Assembly (NCBI RefSeq): GCF_963921235.1
Contig: NC_086097.1
Location: 112,594,001-112,658,000, forward strand
Length of the DNA: 64,000 nt
From: Mobula hypostoma
Lineage: Eukaryota
Direction of reading: 5' to 3'
Part shown: positions 13,060 to 25,584 of the stretch, piece by piece
Layout of the letters: the number at the start of each line of letters is the position of its first letter
Numbering within the stretch: position 1 is the stretch's first letter
Notes under the pieces: model-generated
The model's input: the letters and a program-made list of their open reading frames with translations, nothing else
Told to the model about the DNA's origin: nothing
Database searches by the model: none
Program-made: the position numbers and the translations under genes

Positions 13060-13530
13060 GGTGGTGTTACTACACAGTTTCAGCGACCCGACTTCAGTAT
13101 GTTATTTGGTACCTCTGTGTGGAGTTTGCTTATTCTCCCTCTGACTGCATGGTTTATCCCAGATGCTCCAGGTTCTTCCCATATCCCAAAGGGACAACAT
13201 GGTAGCATAGTGGTCAGCACAATCAGGTCTCAGCACCAGCAATCACTGATTAGGGTTTGATTTCCCCTCGCTGTCTGTAAGGAATTTGTACTTTCTCCCA
13301 GTAACCACATGGGACTCCTCCGGGTGCTCTTGTTTCCTTCCTTATTCCAAAGTTGTACAGTTAGGGTTAGGTTTAGTGAGTTGTAGGCATGGTACGTTGG
13401 TGTCAGAAGTGTGGCAGAAGTTGCAGGTTGCCCTCAGCACAATCCTTAGACTGTGTTGGTCCTTGTCATAAAAACTACACATTCCACTGTGTGTTTCAAT
13501 GTTCATGTAACAAATAAAGCTAATCTTCAG
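13060..13530 (+). mobile_element. Two adjacent or nested V-SINE-like elements
   Basis: Two heads and two cores (13140-13190, 13305-13355); AATAAAGCTAATCTT tail. Confidence 0.7.
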
Positions 13531-14259
13531 AACTGCTTTACCTGTATTGTTAGTAAATTGTAGGTTTGTGTAGGTAGAGAAGTGTTGATGGTCATATGAG
13601 ACAGAGTAGGCTGCAGGGAATAAGTGTAGGAATGGGACTGTTGACAATGAAGTGAGAGCCAGCATGAACACAATGGGCTGAATGTCCTTCTTCTGTGTCA
13701 TTCAATAATGTGAGAAATGCTAAGGCAGTCCCCTTATTAAATCTTGTTGAAGTATGCCCCACAATTATTATAAATGTCTGCTTCTGCATGAATGCCACAC
13801 ACTGCCATCATCATTTGATTAAAGTGAATTCATTTATAAGTAATTTTGCTTTAAGTGTGGAATGGCTCAGAAGAACATTAATTGGAAATGTTGCATAAAA
13901 CTAGCCTGAAACTTTGCTTAGGTCTTGGAAGTGATTCGATGCGGCAAAACCAAAGAGATGCAAGGCAGTGTGGAAAGACCCAAGGTTCAATGACCTAAGC
14001 ACCAGGCCGAATTGGAAAGGTCAGGTACAGACCAAATCAAGGTGGCAGGGTCCAGACTCCAGAGCATATCAAAGAACTCAATGCTTAGATGAAGATGTAC
14101 ATATCAGGCTGAATTGGAAAGGTCAGAATGTCAGAGCCCCAGTGAGGGTCAAGACTATTCATTTTACTGCTTTGCGATGTTAACTCAGCTCTGTGCTAAA
14201 CTGAAGGTCTGTGGACGGACTTCTTTCATGGACTTCAGTTCTGAACACTATTTGCTTGC

Positions 14260-14670
14260 AGGTTCCTTAAGGTTGTTATGGCTGGGGGTGGTAATGGTGA
14301 CAAGCTCTCAAATGCTCCCAGTGTGCCTCAAGTAGCCTCCGACAACCAAGTCCAGCTCCTGGCCTTCGTGTGTGACTTAGCTGCTAAGCCTGACAGAACC
14401 GTTTCCACTGACAGGGAAAAGGGCAAAGACAGGTTACTAGCGCTTTAAAACCAGTTGCTTCGGGCAGATGACTGGCAACTCCTGCGATACTGCTGGTACC
14501 AAACTGTATCGGTCTCTGCCGTTCCTTTGGGTTCATCAGTTGCATGGAGAGGAGGATCTTGCCACATGGGCAACAGCTTGCTCTCCAGATCGTACTGCCC
14601 AGGCTTGCGTATCTCAACAGCTAGGACACAAAATCTATGGTCAACTCTGACCAACAGAGGACTCAGCAGC
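14260..14670 (+). mobile_element. Non-autonomous retroelement, probably RTE-related, nested in another repeat
   Basis: GC-richer block flanked by TTGCTTGCA on both sides (~14251-14260, 14673-14681); CAGCAGCA tail. Confidence 0.5.
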
Positions 14671-15174
14671 AATTGCTTGCATGATTTGTCTTTTTTCTCT
14701 CTGCTTGGCAGTCTTCCTTTTTATAATGGTTTTCTTTTGGGCTTCTTTGCTTTGTGGCTGTCTTTAGGGAGCCAAATCACAAGGTTGTATAATGTATATA
14801 TACTTTGATAATAAATGTACTCTGAACTTTTGAACTTTGTGTTCAACTGTTGCAAAATAGATTCAGCAATGGTGGCATCTAAATGAGTGTTTGCCGGAAA
14901 CCTGTGCATACCATTTGCACAGAAGAAATTTGGCAAACTTAAACAACTGCTTCACAAATGATAGCAATAAGTTTTACAATTGAATTCTGAATTCTGTTGC
15001 TTAGCACTCATAAATATTGTGCAATGCAGTGGGATTCCAGACCAAAATGCTATGTCTGGTATTTTCCTTGTCTGGTTCACATTGATTTTTGAGATGACAT
15101 AACTGGGTTGAACGCAAGTACAGGATGTACTAGAACAATTTCATTTGCTTGGCCGGGATGTTTATACTTGAATT

Positions 15175-15405
15175 TTTATTTATTTAGGGATACAGCATGT
15201 GATAACAGGCCGTGCTAGCTCAATGAGCCCATGTCACACTGTTTTACCCATGTGACCAGTTACCCTAGTAACCCATCCAACTTTGGGAGGAAACCGGAGC
15301 ACCCGGAAACCCACATGGTTAAGAAAGAATGTACACACTCCTGACAGACAGCAGCAGAAATGATCCTGAGTCACTGGCACCGTAATACCAACATACCACC
15401 GTGCT
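15175..15405 (-). mobile_element. V-SINE-like element
   Basis: GGGAGGAAACCGGAGCACCCGGAAACCCAC core. Confidence 0.75.
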
Positions 15406-16957
15406 GATAAGTTCCTGATACTTAGAGATGGAGTTAAAGTTTTATTCGTCAAAGTGCTCAGTGTGAGACTATTGTGCCTGATTTATAGTGAAGAGGTATT
15501 TGGAAGAACCAGCAGCCAAGGCAGTGATGCTGACTTAAGCATGCCACATATTACCCAGAGAACTCTGTGAATATTACCTTCCTAACTGGTGCACAGTTGC
15601 AGCTATCCTCTTTGTATCGACTTATAGGCTACATTCTGAGTAATGCTCACTCACTATTTGAGTTTTGATGCTAGCTTTTTCAGATATTTGCAAAAATGTA
15701 GTAAGTAAACTATTATTACAGCCAGGAAATTTGTGCATTTCTGCTGGGTACTTCCATTATAAATATATATTCTCAAGTACAGGTTCTTATATTATTCATG
15801 TGGAACTCTATAATTACTGCTATTGCTGGGTTTAGCCTGTGGCACCATGTCTGGAATTATTTACCCTCATGTTCATGTCCAACGTTAACAGGATTTCAGA
15901 TGCTGTTAGAGACATGGTTAGAATGGGGAGTACCCCATTGTGAGTCTGTATTAGAGTCTGTGAGGCAGTTTAACTAATGCTAGTGCAAAGGCAGTGTGGT
16001 GTACTTCTGCTAGGTAATCATACAAGGATGTTACTCCAGCGGAAATGATATGAATCCATTCTCCATATCACTGTCTCTATCTAGGACAGAAACTATAAAT
16101 AGGGAAGTTAAATAATGACATACCTTAGTGTGGATCTGAAGACCAAGAAATTTCCAGAATTCTTGCTGATCTATCATTGTTACTCCTGGCAAAACTCACC
16201 ATTTGGAGCAGCAATCTAGATGAGCAAATTCTGCTAATGCTATAATGTCCCTATTTCCTTTGTTGAAGGAATGGATTTTCTGCTCGGTAATTTAGTTGTT
16301 GTCATGAGGGAAACAATGCTTTAATTCAAAAACTGGGCACACCTAGCCATTAGTAAGCCATGAGGCTGCCGGTAAAGCTTTCATCTTTAATTAGCTCAAT
16401 CACTTCCCTTGTAATGGGAGCTGTAAGTATCTGGCTATGTTTTTCAGTAGGCCAGACATTGCTCCCTCTCCCTACGTAGATCCAACTAGCAAAATATCAA
16501 CTGTAAATGAAATGTTGTTTGTATAAGCTAACCTCTTCAAATAGGGTCCTGCTGGAAGGCACAGGTGGGTGCCATGGCTGGGACCATCTAGCATAGATTT
16601 ATGGGGTGATCACTTTTTGATAGGTAGATGCTTAGAGTGGGCCTAAATGTCTGTTGCTAATAATTGGTCACCAATAGCATAAGAAGATTTTATGAACACA
16701 TTCTGAAACTGAAATCAAAATCATTTTTGTAAAAAGTATTAACTGTGGCCATCGAAAACAATCAATCTTTGACCTTAAAATTCACATTGATTTGAAATGT
16801 TGCCACTTCTACTTAATAACATGACAGAATTTCCAAATCTACATCTGGAAGATACTCTGAATACTTTGCTGATAGACATGAATACCATATTAGTGCAATT
16901 AGATAGAGGTGAAACACTGGAAAGTTCAAGCATGGCATTTAATTGGTGATTACATAC

Positions 16958-17070
16958 TGAAAGCTGTCCAGGCAAGAATTGTGGAGCATCTCGCAACATG
17001 CTTGGGCTCATGGGAGAAGTGACAGAGATAGAAGGGCGCTCCATCTTCTGGGATTCAAAGGAGCTAGAAC
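16958..17070 (-). CDS. RIMS2: RIMS2 exon (113 nt): SSSSFESQKMERPSISVTSPMSPSMLRDAPQFLPGQLS
   Basis: taaacag|GTTCTA...CTTTCA|gtatgt; phase 1/0. Confidence 0.95.
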
Positions 17071-17764
17071 CTGTTTATAAAAATAGTTATTGTTAATTTC
17101 ATAAATTGAATTTTGAATGTTTATTGCTAATGAATGGATATGTACATGAACAACAGTAATAAAACAATATAAATGCTAATTAGATGGTTAGATATTAAAT
17201 AAATTGGTAAAACCAAAACTGCAATGAAATCTGGACAAAAATGACAGGATATTGTACTGACACACATGATCTCTATCACTGCTCATACTTGTCTAATCCA
17301 CTACCCACACTTTCCCTTCCACAATCCCTGGGCTAGTCCCATGGCACACTAACCATCTGCAGAGATGGAGCTCCCAGAGTCCAGAGATTCTGTGGTATTG
17401 TAGGGTAACGTAATTGGTGGAAATGTACGTAATTCACAACCACTGCCATTGAGTTGGGGTTTTATTTTAAGAGGCTGATCTGATGTGATGATGTAATTAT
17501 ATGGAGTTCTGTTACCACACTTTGTGTTCAGTTTTTGGAGTCAAATAAATGAGTTGTTATGGTTTTCCTTAAACATAAAACACTTCATGTCATTTGATTT
17601 GCGAAAACCGACAGTGTCAGATCCTTATTCCTTTTTTTCAAGTTATCTCGCATAATCAGATATTTAAAAACTGCTAAGATTGATTTGGACATTGACAATT
17701 AAATGATGAAAAGAGTAAGTTTTAAAACATAATTAACTGCTGCTAATTTATAAAAACATGCTTG

Positions 17765-18057
17765 CGGTCGGGCATGGCAGGCAGAGTTTTCTTCCTTCTC
17801 CTGTCTGCGTGAGATGTGGGACTTCCGAGAGACTTTGAACTTATTTGCTGTGACATGGCCTGTTCTTCATCAAGTTATGGTATTCTTGCACTGTTGTAAC
17901 TATATGTTATAAGTATGTGGTTTTTGTCAGTTTTTCAGTCATGGTCCGTCCTGTGTTTCTGTGATATCATACCAGGTGAATATTATATCATTTCTTAACG
18001 CATGCATTACTAAATGACAATAAAAGAGGACTGCGTGTCCTCATAATCTAATCTAAT
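17765..18057 (+). mobile_element. LINE 3' end with (AATCT)n tail
   Basis: AATAAAAG followed by AATCTAATCTAAT tail. Confidence 0.5.
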
Positions 18058-18440
18058 ACACAATAAAATAAGGAAAACTAAACAATGATGGCTGGTAACT
18101 ACATTCAATGAAATGCTGAATGCTGGTGTAAAGGTGAAGGACCAGGTATGAAGTGTGCTTCCTTTAACCCCGTAGTCTGACAACTGTTTTTCATATTTCA
18201 AAATAGCTCTTTCGAAAGAAAGAAAAAAATAGGTTGCAAGCTGAAACTTCATGTATTCATAACATTAGAATTCTTCTGTAAATGGTTCACGCAAATTAAC
18301 TGCAGAGGAAGTTTTACTTTGATGCAACACATTTATTTATTTTGCACTACATTCTGTAGAGTTAGAATCTGTCCAATCTCCATTTACTATACATCTGAGA
18401 TAGACCACAGAAGAAGAAGCAAGAGATATTGTATTTATCG

Positions 18441-18680
18441 ATACACACATTGTGTTGGAGGAGCTCACCAGGTCATGCAGTACCTATGGATGGGAATAAA
18501 CAGTCCACGTTTCAGGCCAAAGCCCTTCATCAGGACCAAAATCAAGCCCTGAGGAGAGGTCTCAGCCTGAAATGTCAACTCTTTATTCCCATTCACAGAT
18601 GCTGACTGACCTGTTGAACTCTTCCATCACATTGTGTGTATTGCTCTAAGTTTCCAGCATCTGCAATATCTCTTGTGTCT
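18441..18680. mobile_element. Penelope-type palindromic insert with two opposed hammerhead-like cores
   Basis: Imperfect inverted arms; minus core CTGATGA(18527-18533)..GAAAC-GTG; plus core degenerate at ~18549-18580. Confidence 0.75.
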
Positions 18681-18952
18681 TTATTCATCAAGTTAGCTGG
18701 ACTGTATTCAACAAAGAAATTCTTGAAATATTTCAGCATGAGTCATTTTGATAACAGTTAATATGCAACGTACATACTGGGTGAAGCTGAAATGAAGATT
18801 AATAAAGTTTTTAATGGGTTTTTGACCTTCACTGTAAATGGATAGTTCATACTCTGCTTCTTCAGTATACTGTATGTAAGTAAACTTTCTGTGTTTAATA
18901 CAGCTTTCACTATTTGAAATGAAAGAGATGATTGGTAGCTCGGGTTGACTGC

Positions 18953-19125
18953 TTGTTTGTAGGGCTGTTTGCTGAACCTGGAGGTTAGGTCACAAACATT
19001 CCATCACCAATCGGGGTGACATCATCCATGTGCAACACTCAAATGTGTACCAATGATGTCACTTTGACTGGTGATGAAACAATTGTGACCTAACCTCCAG
19101 GCTCAGCAAACAACTCTACAAGCAA
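18953..19125. mobile_element. Palindromic repeat of a second family, probably Penelope-derived
   Basis: ~75-bp imperfect arms, including a perfect CCTGGAGGTTAGGTCACAA / TTGTGACCTAACCTCCAGG; inner ATGATGTCAC...GTGATGAAAC. Confidence 0.7.
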
Positions 19126-20164
19126 ATGTTCATTGTTTTTGAAAGATGATCATTTGCGTGAATATTGCTCTAAATATATTACTTTAATAAAAGAGAATGC
19201 AATATTGTTATTGCCAGGTTTAACAGTAAAGGATCCTTCTGCCTGCTCTTTTCTAATAGAGTGAACACTTCCTACTGTGAATGCTTCTTCATTGATTTTT
19301 GTAAGTCTTGCAATGTCTGAAAACATATTGGAATCAGCCCAATTTCATTTCTGTAGATTGCTGAGGAAATCCTGCAGTTGTTTAACAGTATCTCAAAGGC
19401 AATGGGGCAGATTTACCATCCTGAGTCCAGAAATTGGAGTCCAATGGTCGTCCGAAGCCTGGAGACTGGAAGCGTGGAGGCCTGTTCAGGGTTTGGAGGA
19501 CTGTCTGTGTGTGTGGGTGGGTGAGATGGAGGAAAGGGGCTTGTTTTCCTGTTGTTGTTTTGTTGTATTCTATGTTGTTCTGCTTAACACTGTGGGCATG
19601 CTATGTGAGCATCAGAATGTGTGGCAACACCTGCAGGCAGCCACCAGTTCATCCTGAGGTTGTGTTGGCTGTTAATGCAAATACCCGTTTGCTGTGTGTT
19701 TAGATATACGTATGATAAATAAATGAATCTGAATCTGAACCTGATAATGCTGCCTAAACTGGCAGTAACCTAGGTACTTCCTGTGTGGGGTGTTGACACA
19801 GCCCAGGCTGGCAGTGGCTCCTCGTATTTTTGCTGCAGCTGGCTACAGCTGTGCTGCGCACATGGACTCCCCGTGGAGTTCAGCACAGCTGCGTCAACGG
19901 ATGCAGGCTTACCAGCTCCAGGACTGGGAAGGCTGCTGCTCAGTCAGTGTCATGTTAAACTTTGAGCAACCAAACACTCCCATTTAAGTGAATGGCAGTC
20001 TTCTTTTCCTGGGAGAAAGGAAGGTTGTTTTTCCTTTAATTGCTTATCTTTGTTCATTTTAAATAATTCAATTGTAAATGTATGAATTTGTTTTACTCTG
20101 TTCAAATATTATAAAACATGTTAAAATACTTTTTAAATTATTTATGCTTTTGTCATCTGTAAAA

Positions 20165-20522
20165 CTTGCTGGAGTTTAGAAGAATTGCGGGGGGCGGGGG
20201 GGGGGGATCTCATTAAGATCTATCAAATATAGCAAGGCCTGGATAGAGAGAACAGGCCAGGATGCTTCTTATTGTGGGAGAGCTTAGGACCAGAGGGCAC
20301 AGTCTCAGAACAGAAAGACAACCCTTTAGAACAGAGATGAGGAGGAAATTCTTCAGGCACAGACAGCTGGAGAGGTCAAATCATTCGTTATATTTAAAGT
20401 GGAGGTTGACAGATTCTTAAATAGTCAGGGCATCAAAGATCATGGGGAGAAGGCAGAAGAATGGGGTTCAGAGGGAAAATAAACCAGCCATTATGGAACG
20501 GTCGGCTCCTATGTCTTATGTC
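20165..20522 (+). mobile_element. CR1 LINE 3' fragment
   Basis: Similar to 650-1050; CTATGTCTTATGTCT tail. Confidence 0.8.
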
Positions 20523-20748
20523 TAAAAATGCATTTTCTTTTATTTTTCAAGGTGCCTTAAGTATCACTGTATGTTTGTGAGTGTGAAATATATTTTCAAG
20601 CATTCAATGGCTCTGGTCACACTAATGTGAACTTGATTTTGTGAGTCTGCGCTGAGCAGTGCCAAACCAGTGTGGGTCATACAAAGTAATTAATTTGCAA
20701 ATGTTAAGTAAATTTATATAAGCAATAAAGAAAAACAATCAGACTTAC

Positions 20749-20795
20749 TTGATTCAAGCTGTCCATGTGTGCTGTCTGGTATCCGGGGAATATCC
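20749..20795 (-). CDS. RIMS2: RIMS2 exon (47 nt): DIPRIPDSTHGQLES
   Basis: ttaattgaag|GGATATT...GAATCAA|gtaagt; phase 2/1; needed to keep the frame between its neighbours. Confidence 0.93.
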
Positions 20796-21007
20796 CTTCA
20801 ATTAAGAAAGAAACACAAAACATTTAGCCATTATGTTAGTGCTGCTGTACGCTACATTCACAAACCCCTTTTTTTTAAGGATTAAATAGTGTTGACTAAG
20901 TTATGTTTGAGACTGAGAAGTACTACACCATTTAAAAATAAATCCTACGTTTTGTTGCCATTGAGAAATTATTCTCCCAGATATAATTTTGGGTAGGAAA
21001 ATAAGAT

Positions 21008-21410
21008 TAATCAGAATCAGGTTTAATATCATCGGCAAATGTCATGATATTTATTGTCTTTGCGGCAGCAGTGCAATGCAATACATAATAATAGAAGAAA
21101 AAAAATTGTGACTTACAGTAAATATGTACATAATAAATAAGAAGTGCAAAAATAGAAATAAAAAAGTTGTGAGGTAGTGTCTATGGGTTCAGTTTAGAAA
21201 TTGGATAGAAGCTGTTCCTGAATTATTAAGTTTGTACCTTCAGGCTTCTGTACCTCTTTTCTGACGGTAGCAATGACAGGAGGCATGACCTGGGGGATGG
21301 GAGTCCTTAATGATGGATACCGCCTTTTTGAGGCATCGCTCCTCGAAGTCATCCTGGAGACTGCAGAGGCTAGTGCCCATGATGGAGCTGATTAAGTTTA
21401 CAAATCTCTG
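21008..21410 (-). mobile_element. Rex1/Babar-type LINE 3' fragment
   Basis: ERCLKKAVSIIKDSHPPGH motif; AATCAGAATCAG tail. Confidence 0.7.
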
Positions 21411-22179
21411 ATTATGACTCAAACTCAATAATTCACAAAAGGGCAATATGTATAAATCTTCATTCTCAACAAGAGTTTGATTGCACACTCCTAATTTGCA
21501 TCTATTGAAGTATGGAACATTGGAATAAAATGGTGGCCATTTTGCCCCCCAGTCCTGACCAACATGATGGATTTATGACCTAGCTCCAGGTTCATCTTTA
21601 TGCATATCCGTTAAAATCCTTGCTTCTCAGTCTATCATTCAGTCTTATATTTACACCATCCACTAATTCATGGAAGATTGTTCCAAATATTTACCAAAGG
21701 AATGTTTTTGCTACATCAGTCATGAAGGCCCAGTGCCTAATTTTCAGATAAAAGTCCTTGGACCCCAACTTCTAACTCGTGGAAAGTAGTTTTCCTTTAT
21801 ATTATGAGAACTACAATCAAATCACAGTTTAACTTTCTAAATTTGATTGTAATACTGTTATGAAATACAATCTACATCATATTTCCTCCAGGGTCAATGT
21901 ATGCTGTCTAAAGTGTGGTAATCAGTGGGCAATGTTTTTGCATGTTTTCAAGGTTGCTGCTATCAATACTCCTGTGCTTTTCAATCACTAAAGTGTTTTC
22001 ATGCATTGTACATTAACTCCAATAACAACATCAAAGACTCTTCAGCAGTGACCATTCAGTACACTATAACCTTCCTCTGTTACAGAGACTTCTTTTTCAC
22101 ACCTTCAAAGCTGCCTCTTAGATTCAATATTCAAGAGAGGTAGCAAAGATACACCAGGCAATCAGAGGCCAGGGAACCT

Positions 22180-23453
22180 GACTTCAGTTGGAGGGAAATC
22201 TGTAGTCCAGATCTACATTAACTTGGATGGTTGGCTTGATCAGGATTAGTCATCAAGGTTGGTGTGTAGGAATTCATGTCTGATGAATCTTTTGGAGTTT
22301 TTTGAAAAGGTAGTTAGGGGAACAAATTAAGGTAGGGTAGTGAATATTGTCTATATGGACTTTAGTAAGGCTTTTGACATGATCCTGCATGGCAGGCTGA
22401 TCTGGAAGAATTGAGGGGGAGTTAAAGAGGTAGATTCAGATTTGACCTGATGATAAGAAGCAGATTGTGATAGTTGAAGGACAATTCTCCAACTGGGTGC
22501 CTGTGACTAGTATAGTGCTCCAGAGGTCAGTGCTGAAATCTCTGCTATTCATTACTTATGTAAATTAATGCAAGTGACAAGTTTGCTGATGATAGTAAAT
22601 TAGGGGTCCTGTTGACAGAGAAGCAGGTTACATTAAATTATAAAGAGACCTTGATCAGTAAGGGAGATAGGCTGAAGTGTGGCAAAAGGATTTTGACTTG
22701 GATAAGAATGAGGTGATGAATTTTGGACGGACAGACCAGTGAGTGAAGGGCAGGTATGAATGTTGTGGAATGGGGGGACCTGGGAGTATTAACACTCAGT
22801 TTGCTGACAGCAGCTACACAAGTAGACAAGGTGGTGAAGAAGGAATTTAGCATATTCGTGTTTATCAGTCAGGGCACTGAGTATAGGAATAGGGACACTG
22901 TACTGCAGTTATACAAGTTGTTGGTGAATCTGCACTTGGAATATCGTGTGCAGTTTTGATCCCATCCTGTTATAGGAAAGTCATCAGGCTGGAGGGGGTG
23001 CAGAAGGATGCTGTCTGGATTCGAGGGACTGAGTTACAGGGAGAGGTGTGCCATCTTGGTCCTTTATTCCCTGGAGCACAGGCGAATAAGGGCAACATCA
23101 CAGACGTTTATAAGATTGTAAGGAGTATTGTTGATAAGCTAGATGGTCAGAGACTATTCCCCAGGGTTGGGAAATCTAGAGGGTACAGAATCATGAAAAC
23201 AGGGGAGAGATTTAAAAGAGGCCTGAGAGGTAACTTCTTTACACAGAGGAAGAGAGTATCTGGAGTGAACTGACAGAGAAGTGGCGAGACGGGTACGAGT
23301 GCAATACTTATGAGGCACTTGAATAGGTGGAGGGAGAGAGTTTGGATGGTTTTGGGCTGAACGTAAGCAACTGGGACAAGTCCGGAGGACCCTGTGGTCA
23401 GCAGGGACTGGTTAGGCTGAAGGGTCTGTGCCCATATTGCATTACTCTGTGAC
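22180..23453 (+). mobile_element. Decayed CR1 LINE (RT to 3' UTR)
   Basis: VYMDFSKAFD, KFADDSKL and LQLYKLLVNLHLEYRVQF motifs. Confidence 0.85.
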
Positions 23454-24042
23454 GCTGATATTTCCAACAGGCCATCATCATCAATTTAAACTATTTAAGC
23501 TGGAAATTTGGTGATTATTCAATCATGATAATGGGGAGGGGGGAGGGAACATCGACTCAGACCATGAGAGGCCTGCGTCGGGGAGGCTTGACTGGTTTAA
23601 AAATATTGTCCTTTTCCAACTCTAAACGAGGTAGAAGTGGGCCAGCAGTGAATTACTCTCACACTTTCTAATTGCTTTCTATACAGCATTATAGGGCAGG
23701 CATTATAAAATTAAATTAGGGTTTAAAGGCTTCTGGAGGTCACAAAGTGTATTGTCTGTTTAAAACCCAAGTGAATCCTCATGGCAGCTCAATGCTGAAA
23801 GTAAACTCCTGACTGGAAAGTTTATAAGTTACAGTCACTGCCAACTTAATTTTTTAAGAGTTGCAAAATAACTGTAAATGAATTTGGATATGGTAGTTCA
23901 TGGGATAAAAAATTGTGGAGCGTAGCGTAAAGCGTGCATTACAATGGATAGTATACAGTATACATCATACAGTACAATGGATAAGGCGAACAGTCATAAT
24001 CTTTCCCCAGAGCTGGCGAGTCCAAAGCCAGAAGGCATAGAA

Positions 24043-24122
24043 CAGGGGTTCCCAACCAGGGGTCCACAGAACCCTTGCTTACTGTTATTGGTCCATGGCA
24101 TAAGAAAGGTTGGGAACCCCTG
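24043..24122. mobile_element. hAT (Charlie-like) MITE, 80 bp
   Basis: Perfect 15-bp TIR CAGGGGTTCCCAACC / GGTTGGGAACCCCTG; 8-bp TSD GCATAGAA / GCGTAGAA. Confidence 0.9.
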
Positions 24123-24549
24123 GCGTAGAATCAGGATAACAGGGGAGAGGTATGGTCTTTCTGTTGTGGCCAAATTACAAGACACTTAGGTTCAGCACCT
24201 CAGCTTCTGAATGCGAAGAGAATTAACGGACCTGTGATGAAGTCAGGAGATTGACCCCTTGGTAAAAGGCATAATGTTACAAAACGGTGAAGCTGGTATT
24301 ATTAACCAAATGACCTACTGGCACTCTACCACTACCATTCTATATTCAATCAGAAGGGATGAATTTTGCTGGCCATTTGACTACTGATTTAATTGGTTCA
24401 GCAAAATTTTGTATTGCTCTCTGTTCTATGCTCTATATTCGATCTCTTCTATTTCAATATGATATATGTTTTCCATAGTATGCTGTATCAGGAACATAGG
24501 CTAAACTCTTTGGGTTGATGATGGTGATTGGGAGGAAGAGAGACAGGTT

Positions 24550-24850
24550 TATTTATTGATTTATTTATTTAGAGATGCAGTACAGAATAGGCCCTTCCCA
24601 CCCTTCAAGCTGCCCTGTCCAGCAATCTCCAACAACTCTTGATTAACTCTAGACCAACTTACAATGACCCATTAACCTACTAACTGATCCATCCTTAGAC
24701 TGTGGGAGGAAGCTTGATCACCTGGAGAAAACCCACGCATTCTATGGGGGTGACATACAGACTCCTTAAAGAGAATGCCGGGATTGAACTCTGAATTCTG
24801 ATGCCCGAGGCTGGAGTAGTGTCGCATTAATCGCTATGTGACTATGGCAT
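24550..24850 (-). mobile_element. V-SINE-like element
   Basis: TTTATTTA tail; GACTGTGGGAGGAAG..GAAACCCACGC core; GGGATTGAAC B box. Confidence 0.75.
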
Positions 24851-25584
24851 CAATTTGGATGATGGAGGATCTGCCCTGGTTGTCAGAGACCAGATTGGGT
24901 CCTGTGAGTGAAGGGTGGAGACATCAAATGCCTTCTTGTGGCTTTGCAAGGAAGCTGAGGGGAGGCAGTTGGTGCATTGAGGGTCTGCATATGTGGTCAT
25001 TTGGCTGGGCAGAGATGGCTGCCTTGCTGGAGGAGTGGGAAGAGCTGAAATTGGGACCTTGATTGTGGTTTTCATTGGATTGGGGGGGTTTATTAATTTG
25101 AAAGAATGTAGGGTCAGTTAATTGTTTTGAGATTCAGACTCAGAAGGTAGCAATTCTGTCATTAGGGTGACGGATTAGTGTCCAGGGCCTTTTGGGTTGT
25201 GAATGGTGACATTAAGGATAGAAGATAGAAGATGGCTCTTCCTTGGTGGAGTCTCAGTCTGCAGCAGAGATAATGGCACCAGCAGCCCTGAATGTCAAAC
25301 AAGTGCTGCTCCATAGGAAAGCTTAACTCATTTCTATGGCAGTGCTCCAACAGGAGCATTGGGTGGGAAATGGAAACACTCAATGCATATCTCACTCTAG
25401 CTGGTGCTCAAATGAATTTATGGAAAAAAGTCAATGCAGAAATTGTCAGTAATGCAAGTCATTTTCAGAAAAAGTCCATTTTCTGCTGTGAAGCACTGAA
25501 ATAGACAACATCATATAATCAGATTTCCTGGGTAATGTTTGCAGTTTGTTACACAGTAGCTACTGGCACAGGCATGTGGTTACA

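Noticed and set aside
14330..14420. HDV-like ribozyme at the 5' end of the RTE-like element
   Set aside because: RTE 5' ends can carry these, but I could not build the nested double pseudoknot from this decayed copy; a consensus and covariance search are needed
16775..16957. ORF extension past the RIMS2 exon (also 4416-4524, 59889-59984, 60368-60539)
   Set aside because: Read-through into intron beyond canonical splice sites, with no RIM similarity
17399..17613. Additional solo LTR
   Set aside because: TG...CA ends and AATAAA are present, but I found no convincing TSD or second copy
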